Source: Eledone cirrhosa (taxonomy: Eukaryota). Taken from it: a DNA stretch of 64,000 bases. The first letter of the stretch is position 1, and each line of letters starts with the position of its first letter. Shown piece after piece: positions 13,613 through 27,797 of this stretch. The stretch covers positions 8,184,001-8,248,000 of the forward strand of contig OZ024742.1 in the NCBI GenBank assembly GCA_964016885.1, written 5' to 3'. The notes beneath the pieces were generated by a model. That model was not told the origin of the DNA and searched no databases. It worked only from the letters and a program-made list of their open reading frames with translations. Made by a program: the position numbers and the translations under genes.

Positions 13613-16600
13613 ATGGATGTGTTAAGAGTAGGATGTTTGAATGCACGTGGCCTGGGCTAAACTTGGAAGCAAGCAAAGCTTCTAAATGACCTCAGGTCAT
13701 GTAGTATAAATGTAATGGTTATCTGTGAGACTCGAATCAGCGTCATGCGGCAGCTGGCCCCCACCTTCGATGACTTTGAGGTGCATGCATCTCTCTGTCA
13801 ACCTGGAGGTGGGGGTGGGGTTGTCGTGCTGCTGCAAAAACACCTGGGTCTTGCCGTACAGGTTGTGCACTCGGACTCGGAGGGTCGTTTGTTGGTGCTA
13901 GACGTTGGCAGTAGTGAAAGTGCGGCCTTGAGACTGGTCGCCGTCTACTCCCCTTTCGGAGCTGAACGGCCCGACTTCTTCCAGCGTTTGGAGACTTTTC
14001 TGGGAACGTCGCGTTCCCTGCTTCTAGCGGGGGATTGGAATGACATCCTGGATGCACGTTGGGACTATGCAGGAGCATGTCCTAATAGAGGGGGGTGTAA
14101 CAGCCTCAAGGGGTTACTCGACCGTTTTAACTTGGTCGATAGATATCGACTAGATTTTCCAACTGTGCCTACCTGGACTTGGAGAAACCACAGTGGTCAA
14201 TCTAGATCGTACTTAGATAGATTCTTAGTTAGAAGTAAGGATAGGGACATATTAAGCTGTCCAGAAATGCGCACGGTTGGCTACACGGATCACAAATTAG
14301 TGACCTGCGTGGTCAATCTCGAGAAAACACATAGACAGGGTCCCGGTTACTGGAAACTTAATTTGTCGTTACCGGCAAAAGAGACTTACAGAAACCGGAT
14401 TAGCAGATTAGTTAAGGAGAGGTTGACGGGTGCAATCGTCAACAACCGATGGTGGGCATCTCTCAAAAGAGAGATTAGAACAGAATCAATAAGTTATAGC
14501 AAGATGTTAGCTGCCAATAGGAATAGAAACGAGAAAGAATTAACAGGTAAATTAGAAGAGGCAATCAAGAGCGAAGATGTGGCCAGAGTGATGGCATCGA
14601 GGACGGCCTTGAACCAGTTTTTCGATGCAAAGCATGAAGGCTGCGTCATTCGAAGTAAAATACGTGCTCTAGGTAATGAGGGGGCCAAAGCCGTTGGATG
14701 GGCCCGCGTGACAGAAGCTAAAAGTGGAAATCGATCCACCATCCGGTCGTTGCAAGACGAAGATGGACGAGTGATCCGGGAGCCTAAGCAGATGTGCGAG
14801 GCCTTTCAAAAGCACTTTGCCCGATTGTTCGGGGGAGGCGAGGGTCCGGGCCGGGGCGTGGATTTCGGTCCATACCTCGACGGCCTGCCGCGTCTCTCGA
14901 ACAAAGAGGCAGAGTCCTGCGAGGGACCAATCTCGGCTGATGAGATCGGAGATGCGCTGAGCCAATGCAGCAGACGCAAATCTCCAGGTCTCGATGGTAT
15001 ACCTTACGAACTTTATTTAGCAATGCCGGTCTTCTTCTCCGAACTCCTCGAAGCGGTCTACTGCAATTGGCAGCAGAACGGGAAAATTCCTTGTTCTGTA
15101 GCCAAGGGCGTAGTCACGCTGGTGAGGAAGGACGAGAACAAGGGGGATAGTATAAATAATTTTCGGCCCATAACCCTGCTAAACACAGAGTTAAAGATTT
15201 TGGCCAAGGTGTTAGCAAAGAGGTTGGCGCTTGTCGTGGGTGGCCTGGTGGGAGATGCGCAGACATGTGCTATCCCATCCAGGTCCATTCACGATAACCT
15301 CCACCTCATGCGATACATCATAGAGAGGGTTGGCAACAAACCCGGCTTCGGTGGGGCCCTGATCAACTTGGATCAGTCTAAGGCCTTCGATAGGGTCGAC
15401 CATGGTTACCTGGATGCGGTGCTAGCGGCGGCTGGGTTCGGTCCTGTTTTCAGAGGCTGGATCACTGCCCTACATAGCAACCACATCTGTTCTAGGATCA
15501 AGGTGAACGGCTACCTTTCGAAGCCGTTCGAAATCACACGATCCATTCGACAGGGGTGCCCTCTCTCCTCCCTTCTGTACGTATTGACTCTCGAGCCTTT
15601 ACTGAGGAAGTTGGAGTTGTTGCAGGGTATCCCCCTGGAACCAGGATTGAGCAAAGCGGTGTCGGCCTACGCCGATGACGTAACAGTAATGGTATCAACC
15701 GACTCGGAGATCGAGGCGATCGGTACCTTACTGGAGGAGTACGAAAGGTTGTCAGGAGCGAAACTGAACCGGGAAAAATCCATCGGGCTGCAGCTCGGAA
15801 CGTGGAGAGGCAAACCGATGCCTCCTGACGGTGTCGTCGGACACTGGACGGAGGGCCCGGTAAAGTTGCTTGGGGTCTGGTTTGGACCGGACCTCCAGGT
15901 GGAAAAGAACTGGAACGAGGTTACGAACAAGGTGTTTGCACTAACCCAGAAATGGGCCAAGTGTAAGCTGTCCCTAAAAGGCCGGGCGGAGGTGGCGAAC
16001 ATTTACATAGCGTCCGTCACTTACTACCGCCTGACTGTCGTGCCTTGCCCTAAGGAAACACTCACCACCATGGAACGCATGCTCTTCCAATTTCTTTGGA
16101 AGAAGCGTCCTCCTATGGTGAGAAGATCCATCTGCTGCCAACAACCTTCGAAAGGAGGGCTGGGGATGCCGTGGTTGATGATGCGTAGGCACGCATTAAG
16201 GCTACGGCACCTACAGGTATTCCTCACTGGTCAACCGGTGTGGGCTCCGTTCGTGAAACGAGCCTTTCCGAGACTCGTCTCACTCACCGAGCTACAGTCC
16301 TGGGTCAAGCAAAGATCCGGAAAACTGGGAGACTGGCACACTGAGTGTGCTCAGGCGCTCAGGGCTCTCTGGCAAGCGGGCCGGGCCATCGGTGGAGAAT
16401 CCACCTCATCATTCTATAGAGGGCTGGTGGCTAGCAGGGGCGATGACACCCTTGGAGAGTCGCTGGACATGGAGGAAGACGAACTGGCCAGCCTGTTCGG
16501 TAGGACTTTCGGCCCAGGACCAATGGACAACTTCCAGAAGTCACTGGCCTGGCAGTGCTACCGAGGGGCTCTACCCGTTCGAGAGAGGCTCTACAGACAC

Positions 16601-17050
16601 GGGCGCCCGGGCAGGGATCCCTCAAAAAAGATTTGCCCTAGATGCGTGCGTCACGAAGAAACCGTGGCGCACGCATTGGTGCAATGTCCGGGCGTGGCTG
16701 ATCTGTGGGGCTACGCCGAACAACTGCTGTCGCGGGTGGCGCCGATTAAATTGACCGCCGAGTCCGTGATGACAATCAAACCGCCTCCCCTCTTCACAAA
16801 GGAAGCAAAGGCGGTTTTTCTGTGCGTAATAGCCATGTTGAAAGAGGTTGTTTGGTGGACACGATTGAAAGGTCTGAGGTCAGGCAACTTCCTCTCTGGC
16901 CATAGTCTGGTCTACTTCTTCCGATATCACTTCGGAAGAAGGATAAGAATGGAGAGAGAGGTGCTTGGCCACAGGCAGTTTTATGAAAGGTGGGTGATAG
17001 TGGCGAGAATGGCTCGTGTAAATGGGCCTTCTCTGTATACCATCCTGTAG
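13613..17050 (+). CDS. LINE ORF2: APE endonuclease, reverse transcriptase and C-terminal zinc finger; one premature stop at 13658-13660
   Basis: MDVLRVGCLNARGLG* is in frame with the 1111-aa ORF. Motifs: ICET, AGDWN, SYLDRF, TDH (EN); SPGLDG, FRPITLLN, DQSKAFDRV, RQGCPLS, YADD (RT); CPRC..ETVAHALVQC. Confidence 0.93.
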
Positions 17051-17287
17051 GTAAAGAAGTAAAGGAGAGGGGAGCACCTTCTCCATGTGCTCCCCGGGCA
17101 AAGGATTGCACACTTTTTCGGGGGTGTGTGCAACCCCCATCACGTCCCCTCCCTTTTGAGGTTATTTTCGATTATTTTCATGTTACACCCTTTTTACTCG
17201 ATTATATGTAAACTCCCCCTTTGTATTTGTCCCTTCTTTTTATGCCTTTATGGTAAATAAAGAAATCTATCTATTTATCTATCTCTA

Positions 17288-17384
17288 TTCTTCTTCTTCT
17301 TCTTCTTCTTCTTCTTCTTCTTCTTCTTCTTCTTCTTCTTCTTCTTCTTCTTCTTCTTCTATTACCACCACTACCACCACCACC

Positions 17385-17467
<83 letters not shown>

Positions 17468-17544
17468 CACCACACCACCACCACCACACCACCACCACCA
17501 CCACCACTACCACCACCACCACCACCACCACCACCACCACCACC

Positions 17545-17612
<68 letters not shown>

Positions 17613-17686
17613 CACCACACCACCACCACCACACCACCACCACCACCACTACCACCACCACCACCACCACCACCACCACCACCACC

Positions 17687-17751
<65 letters not shown>

Positions 17752-17807
17752 CACCACACCACCACCACCACCACACCACCACCACCACCACCACCACCAC
17801 CACCACC

Positions 17808-17863
<56 letters not shown>

Positions 17864-17899
17864 CACACCACCACCACCATCACCACTACCACCACCACC

Positions 17900-17985
<86 letters not shown>
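17288..17985. repeat. Compound (CTT)n/(CAC)n/(TAC)n trinucleotide microsatellite
   Basis: Seen directly. Confidence 0.95.
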
Positions 17986-18269
17986 AGTTATGATTCTGTT
18001 GCAAAAAGAAAGCTATATTTTTGTTATGTTTAAACTGCTTCTAATTCTGTATCTATTGAGGAGGAATGCTCAAGTTATGCCTCAGTAACTCAACATTCAC
18101 TGAAGAAGCTCATATAACAATCTTCCTCTCCAATTCCAAAGAACTTCTTCCACTGCATTATTTAGATTCTTTTCTTGAATAGAATTCAAAAATTCCTTCT
18201 TTTCTTTCTAACATTTGCATAATTCATATTTTTATTTCTATTCTATACAATGGTTGGTGATTTATGCTG

Positions 18270-18740
18270 GAGGCCATCAATTTTGAAAGGAAGGGAAAAT
18301 CGATTCACTCGACCCCAGAGGAATGATGAAAGGCAAAGTTAGCCTCGGCAGGATTCGAACTCAATAATAATTGTTTCTACTATTGGCACAAGGCCAGCAA
18401 TTACCCAGTGCATTACTGGTACTTTACTTTATCGACCCCGGAAGGATGAAAGGCAAAGTTAACCTCGGCGGGATTTGAACTCATAATGGCAAGGGCCGTA
18501 ACTCTATGCTAGAAAGCAGGGCGTCCGACCCTCTACCTATACTGCCAATCCACCGCCTTTCGAACTCAATAATAATGATAATGATTTCTGATTTAGGTAC
18601 AAGGCCAACAATTTTTGAAGGAGGGGAAAGACGTTTAAATTGACCCCAGTATATTACTGGTACTTTATTTTATTGAAGTAGTTAGGATGAAAGGCAAAGT
18701 TAATCTCAGCAATAATAATAGCACAAGGCCAACATTTGGG
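18270..18740 (-). mobile_element. Cluster of tRNA-derived SINE copies (one near complete at 18370-18558)
   Basis: Reverse complement carries an A-box-like TGGCAGTATAGG, B-box GAGTTCAAATCC and the body GAGGTTAACTTTGCCTTTCATCC...GGGGTCGATAAA. Confidence 0.85.
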
Positions 18741-18799
18741 GACGTAACTACATACTGCAAAATATGTTGATTGACATTCTGCCGACTCTGCTCTCAATC

Positions 18800-19492
18800 A
18801 ACCATCATCACCATCATCATCATCATCACCATCGTCGTCATCATCATCATCATCACAACCACCACCAGCATCATCATCCCCAGCATCACCATCACCACCA
18901 TCACCGCCACCACCACCATCACCACCTCCACCACCATTACCACCACCATCAAAACCACCCATACCACCACCACCACCACCACCATCACCACCACCACCAC
19001 CACCGCCGCCAACATCACCATCACCACCAACATCACCACCACCGCCACCACCACCAACATCACCATCACCACCACCACCACTACCACCACCTCCATCACC
19101 ACCACCATCACCATCACCACCACCACCGCCATCACCACCACCATCACCAGCACCACCAACACCAGCACCACCACCAACATCACCACCAACATCACCACCA
19201 CCATCACCCCCACCCACCACTACCACCACCACCAACACTACCACCACCACCACCACCACCACCACCATTACCACCACCATAAAAACCACCCACCACCACC
19301 ACCACCATCACCACCACCCACCACCACCATCCTCACCACCACCACCCACCATCAACACCATCACCATTATCATCACCATTACCACCACGACCACCACCAC
19401 CACCACCACTACCACCACCATCGCCATCCCCATCACCCCACCCCCACTACCATCACCATCACCCCCACCCCCAACCATTACCACCACCATCA
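18800..19492. repeat. Imperfect (CAC)/(CAT)n microsatellite
   Basis: Seen directly; the His/Thr-rich ORFs are artefacts. Confidence 0.93.
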
Positions 19493-19544
19493 CATATGTG
19501 TATGTATGCGTGTCTGATTATATTTGTGTTCGTTTGTGTATGTG

Positions 19545-19925
19545 TGCTTTTATACTTGAGTATGTGTGTGTGTTTTTATACTTGAGTATGTGTGTGTGTG
19601 TTTTTATACTTGAGTATGTGTGTGTGTGCTTTTATACTTGAGTATGTGTGTGTGCTTTTATACTTGAGTATGTGTGTGTGTTTTTATACTTGAGTATGTG
19701 TGTGTGTGCTTTTATACTTGAGTATGTGTGTGTGTGCTTTTATACTTGAGTATGTGTGTGTGTTTTTATACTTGAGTATGTGTGTGTGTGCTTTTATACT
19801 TGAGTATGTGTGTGTGTTTTTATACTTGAGTATGTGTGTGTGTGCTTTTATACTTGAGTATGTGTGTGTGTTTTTATACTTGAGTATGTGTGTGTGTGCT
19901 TTTATACTTGAGTATGTGTGTGTGT
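19545..19925. repeat. Minisatellite TTTATACTTGAGTATGTGTGTGTG(T/C), ~26-30 bp, about 14 units
   Basis: Direct tandem repeat with alternating variants. Confidence 0.93.
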
Positions 19926-19991
19926 TCGTCAATTACTGGAGACACGCCTCTCATAAGTTGATTGGCATTGTCGGAAATTAGTTTTTCAGGA

Positions 19992-20343
<352 letters not shown>

Positions 20344-20368
20344 ATAAAATATGGAGATATATATATAT

Positions 20369-20429
<61 letters not shown>

Positions 20430-22009
20430 ACTAATAGTCGTTGATTTCAGATGTGTCAAAAATAATAAAAATAGAAATCGGTCTCCAAAATCTCTCAAAG
20501 GATTATAGACGCCAATGATTAGCGTGGGGTTATTTAATTAACCAAATGAGATGTATGTATACCTCACTGAAGGGACTAATTGCCAGAATCCTTAGTAGGC
20601 CCGATAGAATGCACTGCGGTGTTTGTTTCGGCGCTCTGCGTTCTCAGTTGAAAACTCGCTGGCGCCAATTTTTTTGATGGATTTCAGACGTTAGAATATC
20701 CTTATGGAAAATAAACTCGTCGCTAGAAGAGCCATTAAATAAACCTAATTGTGTCAATGACAGCAATGGGCATAAATGCCTCAGGAGACAGAGACTAGCG
20801 ACTAATAGTCGGCAGAAAGACAATCTATGAGGTGGATGACAGGGTGACCAGAAGGAAACAAAGAAAGGTGAAGTACAAGACAACTTCTCACACATGCATC
20901 TTGACTCTCATTAGCTCTCAATCAATTAAAATGGTTTTACACGATGTAAGTGAGAGAACCATCTTAAAATGTTGGATCGTGCAACAGAAAAAATACATCT
21001 TCCAGCTAGTATGATGTATGTGGGATAAAACAAACATCATAGATAGAAGGACGAAAGAAGTCAAATTAAAATAACGGGATGGTTGTTGATACGGCCCTCA
21101 TTGGTTGTATTGCAGTTCTGTGTTGGTCCTTCTATTTGTAGGGGCTTGATATTGTCATAGAGTTCAATGTTGTTGCTGTCTTTCTCCTTATTTTTAGACA
21201 TTTATCCGTAATCTTATTAGTGCAGTTGTTGTTGTTCGTGTTGTTACTGTGTCTACGAGATGGTACGGTTGATCAGATCGTTTGGTCGGGTCTTGCTATC
21301 ACCTATAGGTTCCATCGTCTGCTGCCTTTCTATTTAATGGTAATAAAAAGGAACAAAAATAGAAATAAATATCGTTATTGTCTGATTGATTTTGACAAGC
21401 AATAGCACGGTGAAAGACAAGTGAAGCAGAAACTCTAGTGAAATTGATCGTTAATACATTGCGATCGTCATGTTTTTCGTGGTAGGAAGAGAATTTCTCT
21501 CGGATTTCCTTCCATTTGTCTTAGACTCACTGAAAATAATAAGCTTTGTCTTAAGCTAATAATACTGATATACTTTTCGTAATTGTTTCTGACGTCAGCC
21601 TTTTACACAGCAATCTTGGAGATACATGCAGTTCAATAATAGGTAGAATCCATAAGATGGAAGAAACCACACGAACCAAGGAAATTCAGTAATATCCCAA
21701 ACCAAAGACTAAATGCAAGAAGAAGTCTCCATGCCTATCCTTAAATGTAGTCTGTTATTAAATAGAACTTTTGGAATGAAACATTCGTTGATGGTTTTAG
21801 TAAGACACTTTAATCTCCTCACTTTTCCACCTTACTTAGTCTGCTTACGTCTGTTTTCTCTTAGAGTTCAGACATTGCAGCAGATAACACTGTCTCGTTG
21901 AAAATTACATGCTGACCTACTGCTGAGAATTGCTTAAGTATATATATATATATATATTGTATATATGTATATACATACATATACATACACACATGCATCT
22001 CTCTCTCTC

Positions 22010-22100
<91 letters not shown>

Positions 22101-22547
22101 GTAAATATGACCGTTATTGCTACACTCAGTCCACTAATTGGAGCAAACATCCTAAATCGAACACCAACCTGTATTAATGACACCTGCCAAACCAAACCGT
22201 CCAAATTCGGCAAATCAAGTGTCGACTACCCATCTACACACACACAGACACACACACACACACACATACACATACACACACACACGCGCACACAGACACA
22301 CACACACACACACACACATACACATACATACATACACGTACACACACACACACATACATACACACACGCACGCACACGCACACACACACGCACACGCACA
22401 CACATATATATATATATATGTATGAGTTGACGGGACTAGCATGGGCTTCACTGCTAGTACTGGTTGCATCTCAGATACATACACACAAAGACATATTTTC
22501 CATTTCCAACCCGGCCGTCCCCTCAATCTATCTTATTTCTCAATCTT

Positions 22548-22583
22548 TCTTCTGATGAAGGACTAGCGTCCGAAACGTTAAGA
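22548..22583 (+). ncRNA. Minimal type I hammerhead ribozyme
   Basis: TCTT-CTGATGA-A-GGAC-TAGC-GTCC-GAAA-CG-TT-AAGA; palindromic ACGT stem III. Lies in a ~190-bp insert repeated at 27320-27505. Confidence 0.85.
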
Positions 22584-22680
22584 TACTCTTCCTGCTATTT
22601 CTAGCGTTAACCTAATATATACCTTCCATATACTGTACCGATTGTGTTGTTATTTCTGTTTACCTTTTACATACATACAT

Positions 22681-22752
<72 letters not shown>

Positions 22753-22967
22753 CAGCTTTTACATGTCAATTTCATACATCTGTTTCGTATCAGCTCGTTT
22801 TACATGCTAAGGTCATCAGTATACTCTAGTTCTTACTTAGATTAATGTTGTGATTATTTTAACTATTTACTATCTAGCTAATTTATTTGAGTATCGTTAT
22901 TGTTGTTCTGATTGAATGCCACTACTATATATAGAGGCCATGCCTGTGTATATCCTTCATTCTCGCA

Positions 22968-23075
22968 TGCTCTGACGAATAGACTGGTTATAACAAAGTA
23001 TTGGTGATCGGTTGACGCAGAAACAGGCGGGTAGCGATCTCTAGACCTACCAGTTCAAAGAAACAATTGTCAGCA
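22968..23075 (+). ncRNA. Type I hammerhead ribozyme, long stem II
   Basis: TGCT-CTGACGA-..ACTGGT...ACCAGT..-GAAA-CAATTG-TC-AGCA; the downstream tail resembles 7483-7535. Confidence 0.82.
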
Positions 23076-23126
23076 ATGTGAATAAAGCCCTTATTGTATA
23101 GCAAACCATGTCACTCTTCTTTATTG

Positions 23127-23184
<58 letters not shown>

Positions 23185-23274
23185 CGTAAAAAATTGAACG
23201 GGAACAAAACAGAGAGGCAGTACGAACAAAGGTTTATTAGTTTCATTCTCTTGAGAGTGGGGTGGTGGTGGGGA

Positions 23275-23306
23275 ACGACGTTTCGGGCATAAGCCCTTCT
23301 TCGGGT
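23275..23306 (-). ncRNA. Minimal hammerhead-like motif, variant core CCGAAGA
   Basis: Reverse complement: AC-CCGAAGA-A-GGGC-TTAT-GCCC-GAAA-CG-TC-GT; stem I is only 2 bp. Confidence 0.55.
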
Positions 23307-23450
23307 GAAAAGTGTCTGGTAAGAGAGTTCCAATGGTGTGTAGGGGAGAAGTGGAGAGACATATATAAAAAAGGGTATATATATATATATATATATAAAA
23401 TAACAGATTAAAGTTTAAGCAAAGATTTTAGTCTTCAAATGTATTATTAT

Positions 23451-23513
<63 letters not shown>

Positions 23514-23848
23514 TATTACTATCTTAAACGGCTTGGAAGGGTGTAACAGATGAAGTGGTGGCGTTCTTGGTCATAGTGGTGCTTTTCTTTGTGCTACTGG
23601 TGATGATGATGATGTTGAAGATGAGCGGAAGAAGGTGAAATTGTATGAAGATGATGGTGGTGTTGATGATGACAATGATGCCGATGCTAACGAAGGTTGT
23701 GGCTGTCGTGGTGGGGTTGATGGTGTTACAAAAGCAATGCTGCTGCTGATGTGAGGTGGGTAAACAGGGGTCATGATGGCGAAGTTGGCGGGGTGTTCCC
23801 AATTGTTCTGTATTCTAGAGCTCACCATGATTTGCGGAGAAAAAATAG

Positions 23849-23879
<31 letters not shown>

Positions 23880-23952
23880 AACAGTGTTGTTCACAGTGAT
23901 ATTATAATTGTTGATTGTATATATTCATTTATATATATGTGTGTGTGTATAT

Positions 23953-23993
<41 letters not shown>

Positions 23994-24010
23994 TATATAA
24001 TATATATATA

Positions 24011-24192
24011 TTTAATACATTAACAGAGAAAGCTTTAAGCAATACTCCGACCGACTTCCGTCTCACTCAACAAACATTAGGATATACCTTAGTATAATCC
24101 CAATTATACGTTTGAGGTGCTAACTATACGTATTTTGCGGATAGCCAGTTGTATTATTTTATGAGACATAATTAAATACATCCCGCTTTCCA
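24011..24192 (-). mobile_element. Solitary 3' fragment of the ~996-bp HHR repeat family
   Basis: Reverse complement aligns to 57046-57235 (TGGAAAG...CTCATAAAATAATACAACTGGCT...GTTAGCACC...CCTAATGTTTGTTGAGTGAGA...GTCGGAGT...AAGCTTTCTCTG...TGTATTAAATA); (TA)n on both sides. Confidence 0.85.
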
Positions 24193-24310
24193 TATATATG
24201 TAATATTATATTATATATAAAATATAAATATATATATGTGTGTGTGTATATATAAATATAAATTATATATATATATATATATATAATATTATATTATATA
24301 TAAAATATAA

Positions 24311-24382
<72 letters not shown>

Positions 24383-24399
24383 TTATATATATATAATAT

Positions 24400-24580
24400 T
24401 ATTGGCAGTATCGGTAGAGGGTCGGACTCCATGCTTTGAAGTATAGAGTTACCTCCCTGTATGATCTGAGTTCAAATCCCGCCGAGGTTAACTTTGCCTT
24501 TCATCCTTACGGGGTCGATAAAATAAAGTACCAGTAATACACTGGTTAATGCTGGCCTTGTGCCAAAAGTAGAAACAATT
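24400..24580 (+). mobile_element. tRNA-derived SINE
   Basis: TTGGCAGTATCGGTAGAG...GAGTTCAAATCCCGCCGAGGTTAACTTTGCC...TGGCCTTGTGCC. Confidence 0.88.
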
Positions 24581-25246
24581 ATATTATATATAAAATATAA
24601 ATATATATGTGTGTGTGTGTGCACGGAAAGAGAGGGGGTGAAAGTGAGAGAGGGAAAGAGGGAAGAGTGATAGGACAGAGGGAGGGAGAGAGAGACAGAA
24701 AAAAAGTGATTGACACAGATAAACCTTTCCAATATGAAATAATACTCAACGTACATTTTCAAAGTTTCCACTTGAGAGTAAAGACACACATGAAACCGTC
24801 TTAATACTCCTTGTACTAAGTAACTCTCGCATGTTGTGAGACCATATTACCGATTGTATTACGCTAACATTCATTTTATATTCAGTCCTACATTAGGTAT
24901 AAAAGTATATGAGCCCTATCTAAACATTTAATCATTACCATCTCTACACACGGTGGTCCTCAATCTAAGCAATATTATTTCATACTGGCCTTGTGCCTAA
25001 AGTAGAAACAATTATTTCATACTTGTGAATGTGTCTCTCCCAATAAATACATATGTCTACTGTGAGTAGGAAACGCTCGATAAATTCTGCCGTCAAACTG
25101 CTGTAATAACTCTGATAGGGGTCAGATTGTGTTTAGGTGTGGCGAAGAAGGAATTGATCGTTAAATTTAAAAAGACGAAGAGAAAATTGCCTATTACTTC
25201 ATTTTGTTTGTATTTTATACTCACAGACACACACAGATCTCTCTCT

Positions 25247-25289
<43 letters not shown>

Positions 25290-25321
25290 ACTCTCTGTTT
25301 GTTTGTCTGTCTGTCTGTCTC

Positions 25322-25417
<96 letters not shown>

Positions 25418-25442
25418 TGTAATAAACAACATAAGGCAATTA

Positions 25443-25501
25443 TTCCATTTACCAGTGATTTCTTAAAAGCAAAAAATGTTGCTTTCAATCATCAGAGTGA
25501 A
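25443..25501 (-). ncRNA. Type I hammerhead ribozyme (same family as 35187)
   Basis: Reverse complement: CTGATGA-TTGAAAGCAA..TTGCTTTTAA-GAAA-TCACTGG-TA-AATGG; a few mismatches in the stems. Confidence 0.7.
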
Positions 25502-25557
25502 AAAATCCTGGTCTATTTATTGAATTGGATTCTTAAAAAACAAAAATGCCGATATAG

Positions 25558-25605
<48 letters not shown>

Positions 25606-25683
25606 TTACATAAGTATATATTTATATATTTGTATATATACTATTTTCATACATATACATATATATACATAGACACACACACG

Positions 25684-25715
<32 letters not shown>

Positions 25716-25734
25716 GATATATGTGTGTGTAGGT

Positions 25735-25990
25735 GTGGAGGCATGCGATCATAATCTTGTGGGTTCGATCCCAAGCCTAGGTTGAAGGCGGTATTCTTGA
25801 GTAAAACACTTCATTTCACATTGCTCCAGTATACTCAGCTGAACATGAGTACCAGCAATAGCTTGGGGGGTAATTCTGTGGTGGACTGGTGTCTGTACAT
25901 GGAGGATTCTTATAATCTGAGGCGACTCACATCACGGAAACCTGGATAAGAATTGGCCTGAAGTGCCTTCGGGCTCAACACAGACTTCAG
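25735..25990 (+). mobile_element. Second tRNA-derived SINE family (CORE-like)
   Basis: B-box GGTTCGATCCC then TTCTTGAGTAAAACACTTCATTTCAC...CTCAGCTG; related minus-strand copy at ~53045-53185. Confidence 0.6.
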
Positions 25991-26384
25991 CATCTATTTT
26001 CTCTTTATATTTCCTTACATCATGGAATAAAACTTTCCTATTAATAAGAGGATAAGTGTGCGATTAATAAGAGCTTTGACAGTTATTTTCAGCAGGCGCG
26101 CAACCATGTAAGAGGTTCCTTCGCTGATTTTATCTCAATTGCTGTCATAAATTCTAAGAGTGTAATTGATCTAAGAACACACACCAAGCAGACAGAACAT
26201 CAGTCGCCATATTAAATACAGCTGATAATTTTAGAAACATCTAACATTATTGTTACTTTTGAATATTTATTTTATTATTGTTGTTGTTCCTGCTGTTTTT
26301 TCTTTTGTTTTCCATTGGAAACATTTCTCTTCAGAAAGGGTATTATATTATATAATATAATTGTTTCTACGTATATAATATAAT

Positions 26385-26550
26385 TGTTTCTACAAGGCCA
26401 GTAATTACTGGTAATTTATTTTATCGACCCCGTAAGGATGAAAGGCAAAGTTAACCTTGGCGGGATTTGAACTCAGAATGGCAAGGGCCGTAACTCTATA
26501 CGTCAAAGCATGGCGTCCGACCCTCTACCAATACTGCCAATCCACCGCCT
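26385..26550 (-). mobile_element. tRNA-derived SINE
   Basis: Same family as 18370-18558. Confidence 0.88.
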
Positions 26551-26959
26551 ATATATTATATAATATCTATTCAACATTATGCCTAGCTATTCAAATATCA
26601 TTAATTCCTATGATACGATCCTAGGAGTTCTATTCACGCTTAACAAAACAAAGATATGTCTACTGCTGTGAACATAGCTTAAAAACGATAATGATCGCTC
26701 TTCAAGTGACTTTTGAGAAGCACACCACGTGAGAGCACAAGTCTGTATTCTCCGCATAGTGTTGTTTATATATTTTATTATGCTGGAGATGTGAGCTGTT
26801 CTACAGAAATTTACTAGAATTTTCTATCGAAGTTCTAATATTTCTTAAATCTAAATAACTTTTGAAAAACATTGCATTCTTTGAATGATGAAGGAGTGAA
26901 GCAACAACTTCTACTGAATGTATATATATATTTATATATATATACTCACATATATATGT

Positions 26960-27250
<291 letters not shown>

Positions 27251-27380
27251 TAATAATAATAATAATATATATATATGTGTTTGTGTGTGTCAACATGAAT
27301 GGACCTATTATTTTTATCTAAAGACATTTTTTCCAATTCCATCCCGGCCGTCCCCTCAATATATTTTCTTTCTCATTCTT

Positions 27381-27416
27381 TCTTCTGATGAAGGACTAGC
27401 GTCTGAAACGTTAAGG
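27381..27416 (+). ncRNA. Minimal type I hammerhead ribozyme (copy of 22548)
   Basis: TCTT-CTGATGA-A-GGAC-TAGC-GTCT-GAAA-CG-TT-AAGG. Confidence 0.8.
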
Positions 27417-27512
27417 CCCTCTTCCTGATATATCAAGCGTTCACCTAATATGTACCTTCCATATACTGTACCGATTGTGTTCTTATTTCTGTTTACCTTT
27501 TACATACATATA

Positions 27513-27596
<84 letters not shown>

Positions 27597-27797
27597 CATA
27601 AGAGCAAAAGGACGTGTCTTTCCTACTGACGGCATATCACAAAATCAAATTTCATCTGAGAATACCGTTAACATAACAATATCAAATGCATGATTTACAC
27701 CTTGATTGCATGGGAGAACCGTTGAAATAATTATAATGAATAAACGTTTTATGTAACATCACCATCTTTATTAATGTTATTATTATACAGAATCATA

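Larger units (their letters stand above)
11469..17264 (+). mobile_element. Near full-length Tx1/L1-clade non-LTR retrotransposon with 21-bp TSD
   Basis: 5'UTR, ORF1 with zinc knuckle, ORF2 EN-RT-zf, 3'UTR and AATAAA. Flanked by ATCTATCTATTTATCTATCTC at 11448-11468 and 17265-17285. Confidence 0.95.

Noticed and set aside
17250-19517. Poly-His/Thr/Pro ORFs
   Set aside because: Trinucleotide microsatellites open in several frames.
23524-23894. Ser/Pro-rich minus-strand ORFs as a host exon
   Set aside because: Low complexity, no canonical AG acceptor and an in-frame stop; unsupported.
24400-24490. tRNA gene
   Set aside because: The A/B-box head belongs to a multi-copy SINE, and I could not build a full cloverleaf.
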